Below the pieces are notes generated by a model. It saw only the letters and a list, made by a program, of their open reading frames with translations. It made no database searches and was not told where the DNA came from. From Mobula hypostoma (lineage: Eukaryota), in assembly GCF_963921235.1 (NCBI RefSeq), contig NC_086108.1, forward strand, positions 46,502,001 to 46,566,000: a DNA stretch of 64,000 bases. Reading direction: 5' to 3'. How positions within the stretch are numbered: the first letter of the stretch is position 1; every line of letters starts with the position of its first letter. Both the position numbers and the translations under genes were made by a program. Positions 38,201-53,200 of this stretch are shown here, piece by piece.

Positions 38201-41200
38201 CCATCTGCCCTTCACCCTCACACTCCCACTGTTCCCATCTACCCTTCAACCTCACACTCCCACTGTTCCCGTCTGCCCTTCACCCCCACACTCCCACTGT
38301 TCCCATCTGCCCTTCACCCTCACACTCCCACTGTTCCCATCTACCCTTCACCCTCACACTCCCACTGTTCCCATCTACCCTTCACCCCCACACTACCACT
38401 GTTCCGATCTGCCCTTCACCCCCACACTCCCACTGTTCCCATCTATCCTTCACCCCCACACTCCCACTGTTCCCATCTACCCTTCACCCTCACACTCCCA
38501 CTGTTCCCATCTGCCCTTCACCCCCACAATCCCACGGTTCCCATCTGCCCTTCACCCTCACACTCCCACTGTTCCCATCTACCCTTCACCCGCACATTCC
38601 CACTGTTCCCATCTGCCCTTCACCCTCACACTCCCACTGTTCCCATCTACCCTTCACCCTCACACTACCACTGTTCCCATCTATCCTTCACCCCCACACT
38701 CCCACTGTTCCCATCTACCCTTCACCCTCACACTCCCACTGTTCCCATCTGCCCTTCACCCCCACACTCCCACTGTTCCCATCTACCCTTCACCCTCACT
38801 CCCACTGTTCCCATCTACCCTTCACCCTCACACTCCCACTGTTCCCATCTGCCCTTCACCCTCACACTCCCACTGCTCCCATCTGCCCTTCACCCTCACA
38901 CTCCCACTGTTCCCATCTGCCCTTCACCCTCACAATCCCACTGTTCCCATCTACCCTTCACCCCCACACTCCCACTGTTCCCATCTACCCTTCAGCCCCA
39001 CACTCCCACTGTTCCCATCTACCCTTCACCCTCACACTCCCACTGTTCCCATCTGCCCTTCACCCCCACACTCCCACGGTTCCCATCCGCCCTTCACCCC
39101 CACACTCCCACTGTTCCCATCCACCCTTCACGCTCACACTCCCACTGTTCCCATCCACCCTTCACCCTCACACTCCCACTGTTCCCATCTACCCTTCACC
39201 CCCACACTCCCACTGTTCCCATCTACCATTCACCCTCACACTCCCACTGTTCCCATCTACCCTTCACTCTCACACTCCCACTGTTCCCATCTACCCTTCA
39301 CCCTCACACTCCCACTGTTCCCATCTACCCTTCACCCTCACACTCCCACTGTTCCCATCTACCCTTCAGCCCCACACTCCCAGTGTTCCCATCTACCCTT
39401 CACCCTCACACTCCCACTGTTCCCATCTACCCTTCACCCTCACACTCCCACTGTTCCCATCTACCCTTCAGCCCCACACTCCCACTGTTCCCAGCTGCCC
39501 TTCACCCTCACACTCCCACTGTTCCCATCTACCCTTCACCCTCACACTCCCACTGTTCCCATCTACCATTCACCCTGACACTCCCACTGTTCCCATCTGC
39601 CCTTCACCCTCACACTCCCACTGTTCCCATCTGCCCTTCACCCTCACACCTCCACTGTACCCATCCGCCCTTCACCCTCACACTCCCAATGTTCCCATCT
39701 GCCCTTCACCCCCACACTCCCACGGTTCCCATCTGCCCTTCACCCTCACACTCCCACTGTTCCCATCTACCCTTCCCCCCACACTCCCACTGTTCCAATC
39801 TACCATTCACACTCACACTCCCACTGTTCCCATCTACCCTTCACCCTCACACTCCCACTGTTCCCATCTGCCCTTCACCCTCACACTCCCACTGTTCCCA
39901 TCTACCCTCACCCTCACACTCCCACTGTTCCCATCGACCCTTCACCCTCACACTCCCACTGTTCCCATCTACCATTCACCCTCACACTCCCACTGTTCCC
40001 ATCTACACTTCACCCCAACACTCCCACTGTTCCCATCTGCCCTTCACCCCCACCCTCCCACTGTTCCCATCTGCCCTTCACACTCACACTCCCACTGATC
40101 CCATCTACCCTACACCAGCACACTCCCACTGTACCCATCTGCCCTTCACCCGCACACTCCCACTGTTCCCAAATGCCCTTCACCCGCACACTCCCACTGT
40201 TCCCAAGTGCCCTTCACGCACACATTCCCACTGTTCCCATCTGCCCTTCACCCTCACACTCCCACTGTTCCCATCTACCCTTCAACCTCACACTCCCACT
40301 GTTCACATCTGCCCTTCACCCCCACACTCCCACTGTTCCCATCTGCCCTTCACCCTCACACTCCCACTGTTCCCATCTACCCTTCACCCTCACACTCCCA
40401 CTGTTCCCATCTGCCCTTCACCCCCACACTCCCACGGTTCCCATCTGCCCTTCACCCTCACACTCCCACTGTTCCCATCTACCCTTCACCGGCACATTCC
40501 CACTGTTCCCATCTGCCCTTCACCCTCACACTCCCACTGTTCCCATCTGCCCTTCACCCCCACACTCCCACTGTTCCCATCTATCCTTCACCCCCACACT
40601 CCCACTGTTCCCATCTACCATTCACCCTCACACTCCCACTGTTCCCATCTGCCCTTCACCCTCACACTCCCACTGTTCCCATCTGCCCTTCACCCTCACA
40701 TATCCACTGTTACCATCTACACTTCACCCTCACACTCCCACTGTTCCCATCTGCCCTTCACCCTCACACCTCCACTGTACCCATCCTCCCTTCACCCCAA
40801 CACTCCCACTGTTCCCATCTGCCCTTCACCCCCACACTCCCACGGTTCCCATCTGCCCTTCACCCTCACACTCCCACTGTTCCCATCTACCCTTCACCCC
40901 CACACTCCCACTGTTCCCATCCACCCTTCACCCTCACACTCCCACTGTTCCCATCCACCCTTCACCCTCACACTCCCACTGTTCCCATCTATCCTTCACC
41001 CCCACACTCGCACTGTTCCCATCTACCATTCACCCTCACACTACCACTGTTCCCATCTACCCTTCACCCTCACACTCCCACTGTTCCCATCTACCCTTCA
41101 CCCTCACACTCCCACTGTTCCCATCTACCCTTCACCCTCACACTCCCACTGTTCCCATCTACCCTTCAGCCCCACACTCCCAGTGTTCCCATCTACCCTT

Positions 41201-44200
41201 CACCCTCACACTCCCACTGTTCCCATTTACCCTTCACCCTCACACTCCCACTGTTCCCATCTACCCTTCAGCCCCACACTCCCACTGTTCCCATCTGCCC
41301 TTCACCCTCACACTCCCACTGTTCCCATCTACCCTTCACCCTCACACTCCCACTGTTCCCATCTACCATTCACCCTCACACTCCCACTGTTCCCATCTGC
41401 CCTTCACCCTCACACTCCCACTGTTCCCATCTGCCCTTCACCCTCACACCTCCACTGTACCCATGTGCCCTTCACCCTCACACTCCCAATGTTCCCATCT
41501 GCCCTTCACCCCCACAGTCCCACTGTTCCCATCTGCCCTTCACCCTCACACTCCCACTGTTCCCATCTACCCTTCACCTCCACACTCCCACTGTTCCCAT
41601 CTACCATTCACCCTCACACTCCCACTGTTCCCATCTACCCTTCATCCTCACACTCCCACTGTTCCCATCTGCCCTTCACCCTCACACTCCCACTGTTCCC
41701 ATCTACCCTTCACCCTCACACTCCCACTGTTCCCATCTACCCTTCACCCTCACACTCCCACTGTTCCCATCTACCATTCACCCTCACACTCCCACTGTTC
41801 CCATCTACACTTCACCCCAACACTCCCACTGTTCCCATCTGCCCTTCACCCCCACACTCCCACTGTTCCCATCTAACCTTCACACTCACACTCCCACTGA
41901 TCCCATCTACCCTTCACCCGCACACTCCCACTGTACCAATCTGCCCTTCACCCGCACACTCCCACTGTTCCCAAATGCCCTTCACCCGCACACTCCCACT
42001 GTTCCCATCTGCTCTTCACCCCCACACTCCCACTGTTCACATCTGCCCTTCACCCGCACACTCCCACTGTTCCCATCCACCCTTCACCCTCACACTCCCA
42101 CTGTTCCCAAGTGCCCTTCACCCACACATTCCCACTGTTCCCATCTGCCCTTCACCCTCACACTCCCACTGTTCCCATCTACCCTTCAACCTCACACTCC
42201 CACTGTTCCCATCTGCCCTTCACCCCCACACTCCCACTGTTCCCATCTGCCCTTCAACCTCACACTCCCACTGTTCCCATCTACCATTCACCCTCACACT
42301 CCCACTGTTCCCATCTGCCCTTCACCCTCACACTCCCACTGTTCCCATCTGCCCTTCACCCTCACATTCCCACTGTTCCCATCTACACTTCACCCTCACA
42401 CTCCCACTGTTCCCATCTGCCCTTCACCCTCACACCTCCACTGTACCCATCTACCCTTCACCCCAACACTCCCACTGTTCCCATCTGCCCTTCACCCCCA
42501 CACTCCCACGGTTCCCATCTGCCCTTCACCCTCACACTCCCACTGTTCCCATCTACCCTTCACCCCCACACTCCCACTGTTCCCATCCACCCTTCACCCT
42601 CACACTCCCACTGTTCCCATCCACCCTTCACCCTCACACTCCCACTGTTCCCATCTATCCTTCACCCCCACACTCGCACTGTTCCCATCTACCATTCACC
42701 ATCACACTACCACTGTTCCCATCTACCCTTCACCCTCACACTCCCAGTGTTCCCATCTACCCTTCACCCTCACACTCCCACTGTTCCCATCTACCCTTCA
42801 CCCTCACGCTCCCACTGTTCCCATCTACCCTTCAGCCCCACACTCCCACTGTTCCCATCTGCCCTTCACCCTCACACTCCCACTGTTCCCATCTACCCTT
42901 CACCCTCACACTCCCACTGTTCCCATCTACCATTCACCCTCACACTCCCACTGTTCCCATCTGCCCTTCACCCTCACCCTCCCACTGTTCCCATCTGCCC
43001 TTCACCCTCACACCTCCACTGTACCCATCTGCCCTTCACCCTCACACTCCCAATGTTCCCATCTGCCCTTCACCCCCACAGTCCCACTGTTCCCATCTCC
43101 CCTTCACCCTCACACTCCCACTCTTCCCATCGACCCTTCACCTCCACACTCCCACTGTTCCCATCTACCATTCACCCTCACACTCCCACTGTTCCCATGT
43201 ACCCTTCACCCTCACACTCCCACTGTTCCCATCTACCCTTCACCCTCACACTCCCACTGTTCCCATCTACCATTCACCCTCACACTCCCACTGTTCCCAT
43301 CTACACTTCACCCCAACACTCCCACTGTTCCCATCTGCCCTTCACCCCCACACTCCCACTGTTCCCATCTAACCTTCACACTCACACTCCCACTGATCCC
43401 ATCTACCCTTCACCCGCACACTCCCACTGTACCCATCTGCCCTTCACCCGCACACTCCCACTGTTCCCAAATGCCCTTCACCCGCACACTCCCACTGTTC
43501 CCAAGTGCCCTTCACCCACACATTCCCACTGTTCCCATCTGCCCTTCACCCTCACACTCCCACTGTTCCCATCTACCCTTCAACCTCACACTCCCACTGT
43601 TCCCATCTGCCCTTCACCCCCACACTCCCACTGTTCCCATCTGCCCTTCACCCTCACACTCCCACTGTTCCCATCTACCCTTCACCCTCACACTCCCACT
43701 GTTCCCATCTGCCCTTCACCCCCACACTCCCACGGTTCCCATCTGCCCTTCACCCTCACACTCCCACTGTTCCCATCTACCCTTCACCCGCACATTCCCA
43801 CTGTTCCCATCTGCCCTTCACCCTCACACTCCCACTGTTCCCATCTGCCCTTCACCCCCACACTCCCACTGTTCCCATCTATCCCTCACCCCCACACTCC
43901 CACTGTTCCCATCTACCATTCACCCTCACACTCCCACTGTTCCCATCTGCCCTTCACCCTCACACTCCCACTGTTCCCATCTGCCCTTCACCCTCACATT
44001 CCCACTGTTCCCATCTACACTTCACCCTCACACTCCCACTGTTCCCATCTGCCCTTCACCCTCACACCACCACTGTACCCATCTGCCCTTCACCCTCACA
44101 CTCCCACTGTTCCCATCTGCCCTTCACCCTTACACTCCCACTGTTCCCATCTGCCCTTCACCCTCACACTCCCACTGATCCCATCTACCCTTCACCCTCA

Positions 44201-47200
44201 CACTCCCACTATTCCCATCTGACCTTCACCCTCACACTCCCACTGTTCCCACCCGCCCTTCACACTCACACTCGCACTGTTCCCATCCACCCTTCACCCC
44301 CACACTCCCACTGTTCCCATCTACCCTTCACCCGCACATTCCCACTATTCCCATCTGCCCTTCACCCTCACACTCCCACTGTTCCCATCTGCCCTTCACC
44401 CCCACACTCCCACTGTTCCCATCTATCCTTCACCCTCACACTCCCACTGATCCCATCTACCCTTCACCCTCACACTCCCACTATTCCCATCTGACCTTCA
44501 CCCTCACACTCCCACTGTTCCCACCCGCCCTTCACACTCACACTCGCACTGTTCCCATCCACCCTTCACCCCCACACTCCCACTGTTCCCATCTACCCTT
44601 CACCCGCACATTCCCACTATTCCCATCTGCCCTTCACCCTCACACTCCCACTGTTCCCATCTGCCCTTCACCCCCACACTCCCACTGTTCCCATCTATCC
44701 TTCACCCTCACACTCCCACTGTTCCCATCTGCCCTTCACCCCCACACTCGCACGGTTCCCATCAGCCCTTCACCCTCACACTCCCACTGTTCCCATCTAC
44801 CATTCACCCTCACACTCCCACTGTTCCCATCTGCCCTTCACCCCCACACTCCCACTGTTCCCATCTATCCTTCACCCCCACACTCCCACTGTTCCCATCT
44901 ACCCTTCACCCTCATACTCCCACTGTTCCCATCTGCCCTTCACCCCCACACTCCCACGGTTCCCATCTGCCCTTCACCCTCACACTCCCACTGTCCCCAT
45001 CTACCCTTCACCCTCACACTCCCACTATTCCCATCTACCCTTCACCCTCACACTCCCACTGTTCCCATCTGCCCTTCACCCTCACACTCCCACTATTCCC
45101 ATCTGACCTTCACCCTCACACTCCCACTGTTCCCACCTGCCCTTCACACTCACACTCGCCCTGTTCCCATCCACCCTTCACCGCCACACTCCCACTGTTC
45201 CCATCTGCCCTTCACACTCACACTCCCACTGATCCCATCTACCCTTCACCCGCACACTCCCAGTGTTCCCATCTGCCATTCACCCTCACACTCCCACTGT
45301 TCCCATCTGCCCTTCACCCCCACACTCCCACTGTTCCCATCTATCCTTCACCCTCACACTCCCACTGTTCCCATCTGCCCTTCACCCCCACACTCCCACG
45401 GTTCCCATCTGCCCTTCACCCTCACACTCCCACTGTTCCCATCTACCCTTCACCCGCACATTCCCACTGTTCCCATCTGCCCTTCACCCTCACACTCCCA
45501 CTGTTCCCATCTGCCCTTCACCCCCACACTCCCACTGTTCCCATCTATCCTTCACCCCCACACTCCCACTGTTCCCATCTACCCTTCACCCTCACACTCC
45601 CACTGTTCCCATCTGCCCTTCACCCCCACACTCCCACGGTTCCCATCTGCCCTTCACCCTCACACTCCCACTGTTCCCATCTGCCCTTCACACCCACACT
45701 CCCACTGTTCCCATCTACCCTTCACCCTCACACTCCCACTGTTCCCATCTACCCTTCACCCTCACATTCCCACTGTTCCCATCTACCCTTCAGCCCCACA
45801 CTCCCACTGTTCCCATCTACCCTTCACCCTCACACTCCCACTGTTCCCATCTACCCTTCACCCTCACACTCCCACTGTTCCCATCTACCCTTCAGCCCCA
45901 CACACCCACTGTTCCCATCTGCCCTTCACCCTCACACTCCCACTGTTCCCATCTACCCTTCACCCTCACACTCCCACTGTTCCCATCCACCATTCACCCT
46001 CACACTCCCACTGTTCCCATCTGCCCTTCACCCTCACACTCCCACTGTTCCCATCTGCCCTTCACCCCCACACTCCCACGGTTCCCATCTACCCTTCACC
46101 CTCACACCTCCACTGTTCCCATCTGCCCTTCACCCTCACACTCCCTCTGTTCCCATCTGCCCTTCACCCCCACACTCCCACGGTTCCCATCTGCCCTTCA
46201 CCCTCACACTCCCACTGTTCCCATCTACCCTTCACCCCCACACTCCCACTGTTCCCATCTACCATTCACCCTCACACTCCCACTGTTCCCATCTACCCTT
46301 CACCCTCACACTCCCACTGTTCCCATCTGCCCTTCACCCTCACACTCCCACTGTTCCCATCTACCATTCACCCTCACACTCCCACTGTTTCCATCTACAC
46401 TTCACCCCAACACTCCCACTGTTCCCATCTGCCCTTCAGCCCCACACTCCCACTGTTCCCATCTGCCCTTCACACTCACACTCCCACTGATCCCATCTAC
46501 CCTTCACCCTCACACTCCCACTGTACCCATCTGCCCTTCACCCGCACACTCCCACTGTTCCCAAATGCCCTTCACCCGCACACTCCCACTGTTCCCCAGT
46601 TCCCTTCACCCGCACATTCCCACTGTTCCCATCTACCCTTCAACCTTACACTCCCACTGTTCCCATCTGCCGTTCACCCCACACTCCCACTGTTCCCATC
46701 TACCCTTCACCCTCACACTCCCACTGTTCCCATCTGCCCTTCACCCCCGCACTCCCACTGTTCCCACCCGCCCTTCACACTCACACTCGCACTGTTCCCA
46801 TCTACCATTCACCCTCACACTCCCACTGTTCCCATCTGCCCTTCACTCCCACACTCCCACTGTTCCCATCTGCCCTTCACCCTCACAGTCCCACTGTTCC
46901 CATCTGACCTTCACCCTCACACTCCCACTGTTCCCACCCGCCCTTCACACTCACACTCCCACTGATCCCATCTACCCTTCCCCCCACACTACCACTGATC
47001 CCATCTACCCTTCACCCTCACACTCCCACTGTTCCCATTTGCCCTTCACCCTCACAGTCCCACTGTTCCCATCTGCCCTTCACCCTCACACTCCCACTAT
47101 TCCCATCTGACCTTCACCCTCACACTCCCACTGTTCCCACCCGCCCTTCACACTCACACTCGCACTATTCCCATCCACACTTCACCCCCACACTCCCACT

Positions 47201-50200
47201 GTTCCCGTCTGCCCTTCACACTCACACTCCCACTGATCCCATCTACCCTTCACCCGCACACTCCCACTGTTCCCATCTACCTTTCACCCTCACACTCCCA
47301 CTGTTCCCATCTGCCCTTCACCCTCACACTCCCACTGTTCCCATCTACCCTTCAACCTCACACTCCCACTGTTCCCGTCTGCCCTTCACCCCCACACTCC
47401 CACTGTTCCCATCTGCCCTTCACCCTCACACTCCCACTGTTCCCATCTACCCTTCACCCTCACACTCCCACTGTTCCCATCTACCCTTCACCCCCACACT
47501 ACCACTGTTCCCATCTGCCCTTCACCCCCACACTCCCACTGTTCCCATCTATCCTTCACCCCCACACTCCCACTGTTCCCATCTACCCTTCACCCTCACA
47601 CTCCCACTGTTCCCATCTGCCCTTCACCCCCACAATCCCACGGTTCCCATCTGCCCTTCACCCTCACACTCCCACTGTTCCCATCTACCCTTCACCCGCA
47701 CATTCCCACTGTTCCCATCTGCCCTTCACCCTCACACTCCCACTGTTCCCATCTACCCTTCACCCTCACACTCCCACTGTTCCCATCTATCCTTCACCCC
47801 CACACTCCCACTGTTCCCATCTACCCTTCACCCTCACACTCCCACTGTTCCCATCTGCCCTTCACCCCCACACTCCCACTGTTCCCATCTACCCTTCACC
47901 CTCACTCCCACTGTTCCCATCTACCCTTCACCCTCACACTCCCACTGTTCCCATCTGCCCTTCACCCTCACACTCCCACTGCTCCCATCTGCCCTTCACC
48001 CTCACACTCCCACTGTTCCCATCTGCCCTTCACCCTCACATTCCCACTGTTCCCATCTACCCTTCACCCCCACACTCCCACTGTTCCCATCTACCCTTCA
48101 GCCCCACACTCCCACTGTTCCCATCTACCCTTCACCCTCACACTCCCACTGTTCCCATCTGCCCTTCACCCCCACACTCCCACGGTTCCCATCCGCCCTT
48201 CACCCCCACACTCCCACTGTTCCCATCCACCCTTCACGCTCACACTCCCACTGTTCCCATCCACCCTTCACCCTCACACTCCCACTGTTCCCATCTACCC
48301 TTCACCCCCACACTCCCACTGTTCCCATCTACCATTCACCCTCACACTCCCACTGTTCCCATCTACCCTTCACTCTCACACTCCCACTGTTCCCATCTAC
48401 CCTTCACCCTCACACTCCCACTGTTCCCATCTACCCTTCACCCTCACACTCCCACTGTTCCCATCTACCCTTCAGCCCCACACTCCCAGTGTTCCCATCT
48501 ACCCTTCACCCTCACACTCCCACTGTTCCCATCTACCCTTCACCCTCACACTCCCACTGTTCCCATCTACCCTTCAGCCCCACACTCCCACTGTTCCCAG
48601 CTGCCCTTCACCCTCACACTCCCACTGTTCCCATCTACCCTTCACCCTCACACTCCCACTGTTCCCATCTACCATTCACCCTGACACTCCCACTGTTCCC
48701 ATCTGCCCTTCACCCTCACACTCCCACTGTTCCCATCTGCCCTTCACCCTCACACCTCCACTGTACCCATCTGCCCTTCACCCTCACACTCCCAATGTTC
48801 CCATCTGCCCTTCACCCCCACACTCCCACGGTTCCCATCTGCCCTTCACCCTCACACTCCCACTGTTCCCATCTGCCCTTCACCCTCACACTCCCACTGT
48901 TCCCATCTGCCCTTCACCCTCACATTCCCACTGTTCCCATCTACACTTCACCCTCACACTCCCACTGTTCCCATCTGCCCTTCACCCTCACACTCCCACT
49001 GTTCCCATCTGCCCTTCACCCTCACACTCCCACTGTTCCCATCTGCCCTTCACCCTCACACTCCCACTGTTCCCATCTGCCCTTCACCCTCACACTCCCA
49101 CTGTTCCCATCTACCCTTCACCCTCACACTCCCACTGTTCCCATCTGCCCTTCACCCTCACACTCCCACTGTTCCCATCTGCCCTTCACACTCACACTCC
49201 CACTGTTCCCATCTGCCCTTCACCCCCACACTCCCACTGTTCCCATCTGCCCTTCACCCGCACACTCCCACTGTTCCCATCTGCCCTTCACCCTCACACT
49301 CCCACTGTTCCCATCTGCCCTTCACCCCCACACTCCCACTGTTCCCATCTATCCTTCACCCTCACACTCCCACTGTTCCCATCTGCCCTTCACCCCCACA
49401 CTCCCACTGTTCCCATCTGCCCTTCACCCTCACACTCCCACTGTTCCCATCTACCCTTCACCCTCACACTCCCACTGTTCCCATCTGCCCTTCACCCCCA
49501 CACTCCCACTGTTCCCATCTACCCTTCACCCTCACACTCCCACTGTTCCCATCTACCCTTCACCCTCACACTCCCACTGTTCCCATCTGCCCTTCACCCC
49601 CACACTCCCACTGTTCCCATCTGCCCTTCACCCTCACACTCCCACTGTTCCCATCTACCCTTCACCCTCACACTCCCACTGTTCCCATCTACCCTTCACC
49701 CTCACACTCCCACTGTTCCCATCTGCCCTTCACCCTCACACTCCCACTGTTCCCATCTGACCTTCACCCTCACACTCCCACTGTTCCCACCTGCCCTTCA
49801 CACTCACACTCGCCCTGTTCCCATCCACCCTTCACCGCCACACTCCCACTGTTCCCATCTGCCCTTCACACTCACACTCCCACTGATCCCATCTACCCTT
49901 CACCCGCACACTCCCAGTGTTCCCATCTGCCATTCACCCTCACACTCCCACTGTTCCCATCTGCCCTTCACCCCCACACTCCCACTGTTCCCATCTATCC
50001 TTCACCCTCACACTCCCACTGTTCCCATCTGCCCTTCACCCCCACACTCCCACTGTTCCCATCTGCCCTTCACCCTCACACTCCCACTGTTCCCATCTAC
50101 CCTTCACCCTCACACTCCCACTGTTCCCATCTGCCCTTCACCCTCACACTCCCACTGTTCCCATCTGCCCTTCACCCCCACACTCCCACTGTTCCCATCT

Positions 50201-53200
50201 ATCCTTCACCCCCACACTCCCACTGTTCCCATCTACCCTTCACCCTCACACTCCCACTGTTCCCATCTGCCCTTCACCCCCACACTCCCACTGTTCCCAT
50301 CTGCCCTTCACCCTCACACTCCCACTGTTCCCATCTGCCCTTCACCCTCACACTCCCACTGTTCCCATCTACCCTTCACCCTCACACTCCCACTGTTCCC
50401 ATCTACCCTTCACCCTCACATTCCCACTGTTCCCATCTACCCTTCACCCCCACACTCCCACTGTTCCCATCTACCCTTCACCCTCACACTCCCACTGTTC
50501 CCATCTACCCTTCACCCTCACACTCCCACTGTTCCCATCTACCCTTCAGCCCCACACACCCACTGTTCCCATCTGCCCTTCACCCTCACACTCCCACTGT
50601 TCCCATCTACCCTTCACCCTCACACTCCCACTGTTCCCATCCACCCATTCACCCTCACACTCCCACTGTTCCCATCTGCCCTTCACCCTCACACTCCCAC
50701 TGTTCCCATCTGCCCTTCACCCCCACACTCCCACGGTTCCCATCTACCCTTCACCCTCACACTCCCACTGTTCCCATCTGCCCTTCACCCTCACACTCCC
50801 ACTGTTCCCATCTGCCCTTCACCCCCACACTCCCACTGTTCCCATCTGCCCTTCACCCTCACACTCCCACTGTTCCCATCTACCCTTCACCCCCACACTC
50901 CCACTGTTCCCATCTACCATTCACCCTCACACTCCCACTGTTCCCATCTACCCTTCACCCTCACACTCCCACTGTTCCCATCTGCCCTTCACCCTCACAC
51001 TCCCACTGTTCCCATCTACCCTTCACCCTCACACTCCCACTGTTCCCATCTACACTTCACCCCAACACTCCCACTGTTCCCATCTGCCCTTCACCCCCAC
51101 ACTCCCACTGTTCCCATCTGCCCTTCACCCTCACACTCCCACTGTTCCCATCTACCCTTCACCCTCACACTCCCACTGTTCCCATCTGCCCTTCACCCTC
51201 ACACTCCCACTGTTCCCATCTGCCCTTCACCCGCACACTCCCACTGTTCCCATCTGCCCTTCACCCTCACACTCCCACTGTTCCCATCTACCCTTCACCC
51301 TCACACTCCCACTGTTCCCATCTGCCGTTCACCCTCACACTCCCACTGTTCCCATCTACCCTTCACCCTCACACTCCCACTGTTCCCATCTGCCCTTCAC
51401 CCCCACACTCCCACTGTTCCCATCTGCCCTTCACCCTCACACTCCCACTGTTCCCATCTACCCTTCACCCTCACACTCCCACTGTTCCCATCTGCCCTTC
51501 ACTCCTCACACTCCCACTGTTCCCATCTGCCCTTCACCCTCACAGTCCCACTGTTCCCATCTGACCTTCACCCTCACACTCCCACTGTTCCCACCCGCCC
51601 TTCACACTCACACTCCCACTGATCCCATCTACCCTTCACCCCCACACTCCCACTGTTCCCATCTACCCTTCACCCTCACACTCCCACTGTTCCCATCTGC
51701 CCTTCACCCTCACACTCCCACTGTTCCCATCTGCCCTTCACCCTCACACTCCCACTGTTCCCATCTGACCTTCACCCTCACACTCCCACTGTTCCCACCC
51801 GCCCTTCACACTCACACTCGCACTATTCCCATCCACACTTCACCCCCACACTCCCACTGTTCCCGTCTGCCCTTCACTCTCACACTCCCACTGTTCCCAT
51901 CTACCCTTCACCCGCACACTCCCACTGTTCCCATCTACCCTTCACCCTCACACTCCCACTGTTCCCATCTGCCCTTCACCCTCACACTCCCACTGTTCCC
52001 ATCTACCCTTCAACCTCACACTCCCACTGTTCCCGTCTGCCCTTCACCCCCACACTCCCACTGTTCCCATCTGCCCTTCACCCTCACACTCCCACTGTTC
52101 CCATCTACCCTTCACCCTCACACTCCCACTGTTCCCATCTACCCTTCACCGTCACACTCCCAATGTTCCCATCTGCCCTTCACCCCCACACTACCACTGT
52201 TCCCATCTATCCTTCACCCCCACACTCCCACTGTTCCCATCTACCCTTCACCCTCACACTCCCACTGTTCCCATCTGCCCTTCACCCCCACACTCCCACT
52301 GTTCCCATCTGCCCTTCACCCTCACACTCCCACTGTTCCCATCTACCCTTCACCCTCACACTCCCACTGTTCCCATCTGCCCTTCACCCACACACTCCCA
52401 CTGTTCCCATCGACCCTTCACCCTCATACTCCCACTGTTCCCATCTATCCTTCACCCCCACACTCCCACTGTTCCCATCTACCCTTCACCCTCACACTCC
52501 CACTGTTCCCATCTGCCCTTCACCCCCACACTCCCACTGTTCCCATCTACCCTTCACCCTCACACTCCCACTGTTCCCATCTACCCTTCACCTTCACACT
52601 CCCACTGTTCCCATCTGCCCTTCACCCTCACACTCCCACTGCTCCCATCTGCCCTTCACCCTCACACTCCCACTGTTCCCATCTGCCCTTCACCCTCACA
52701 CTCCCACTGTTCCCATCTGCCCTTCACCCCCACACTCCCACTGTTCCCATCTACCCTTCACCCTCACACTCCCACTGTTCCCATCTACCCTTCACCCTCA
52801 CACTCCCACTGTTCCCATCTGCCCTTCACCCCCACACTCCCACTGTTCCCATCTGCCCTTCACCCCCACACTCCCACTGTTCCCATCCACCCTTCACCCT
52901 CACACTCCCACTGTTCCCATCTACCCTTCACCCTCACACTCCCACTGTTCCCATCTGCCCTTCACCCCCACACTCCCACTGTTCCCATCTACCATTCACC
53001 CTCACACTCCCACTGTTCCCATCTACCCTTCACCCTCACACTCCCACTGTTCCCATCTACCCTTCACCCTCACACTCCCACTGTTCCCATCTACCCTTCA
53101 CCCTCACACTCCCACTGTTCCCATCTACCCTTCACCCTCACACTCCCACTGTTCCCATCTACCCTTCACCCTCACACTCCCACTGTTCCCATCTACCCTT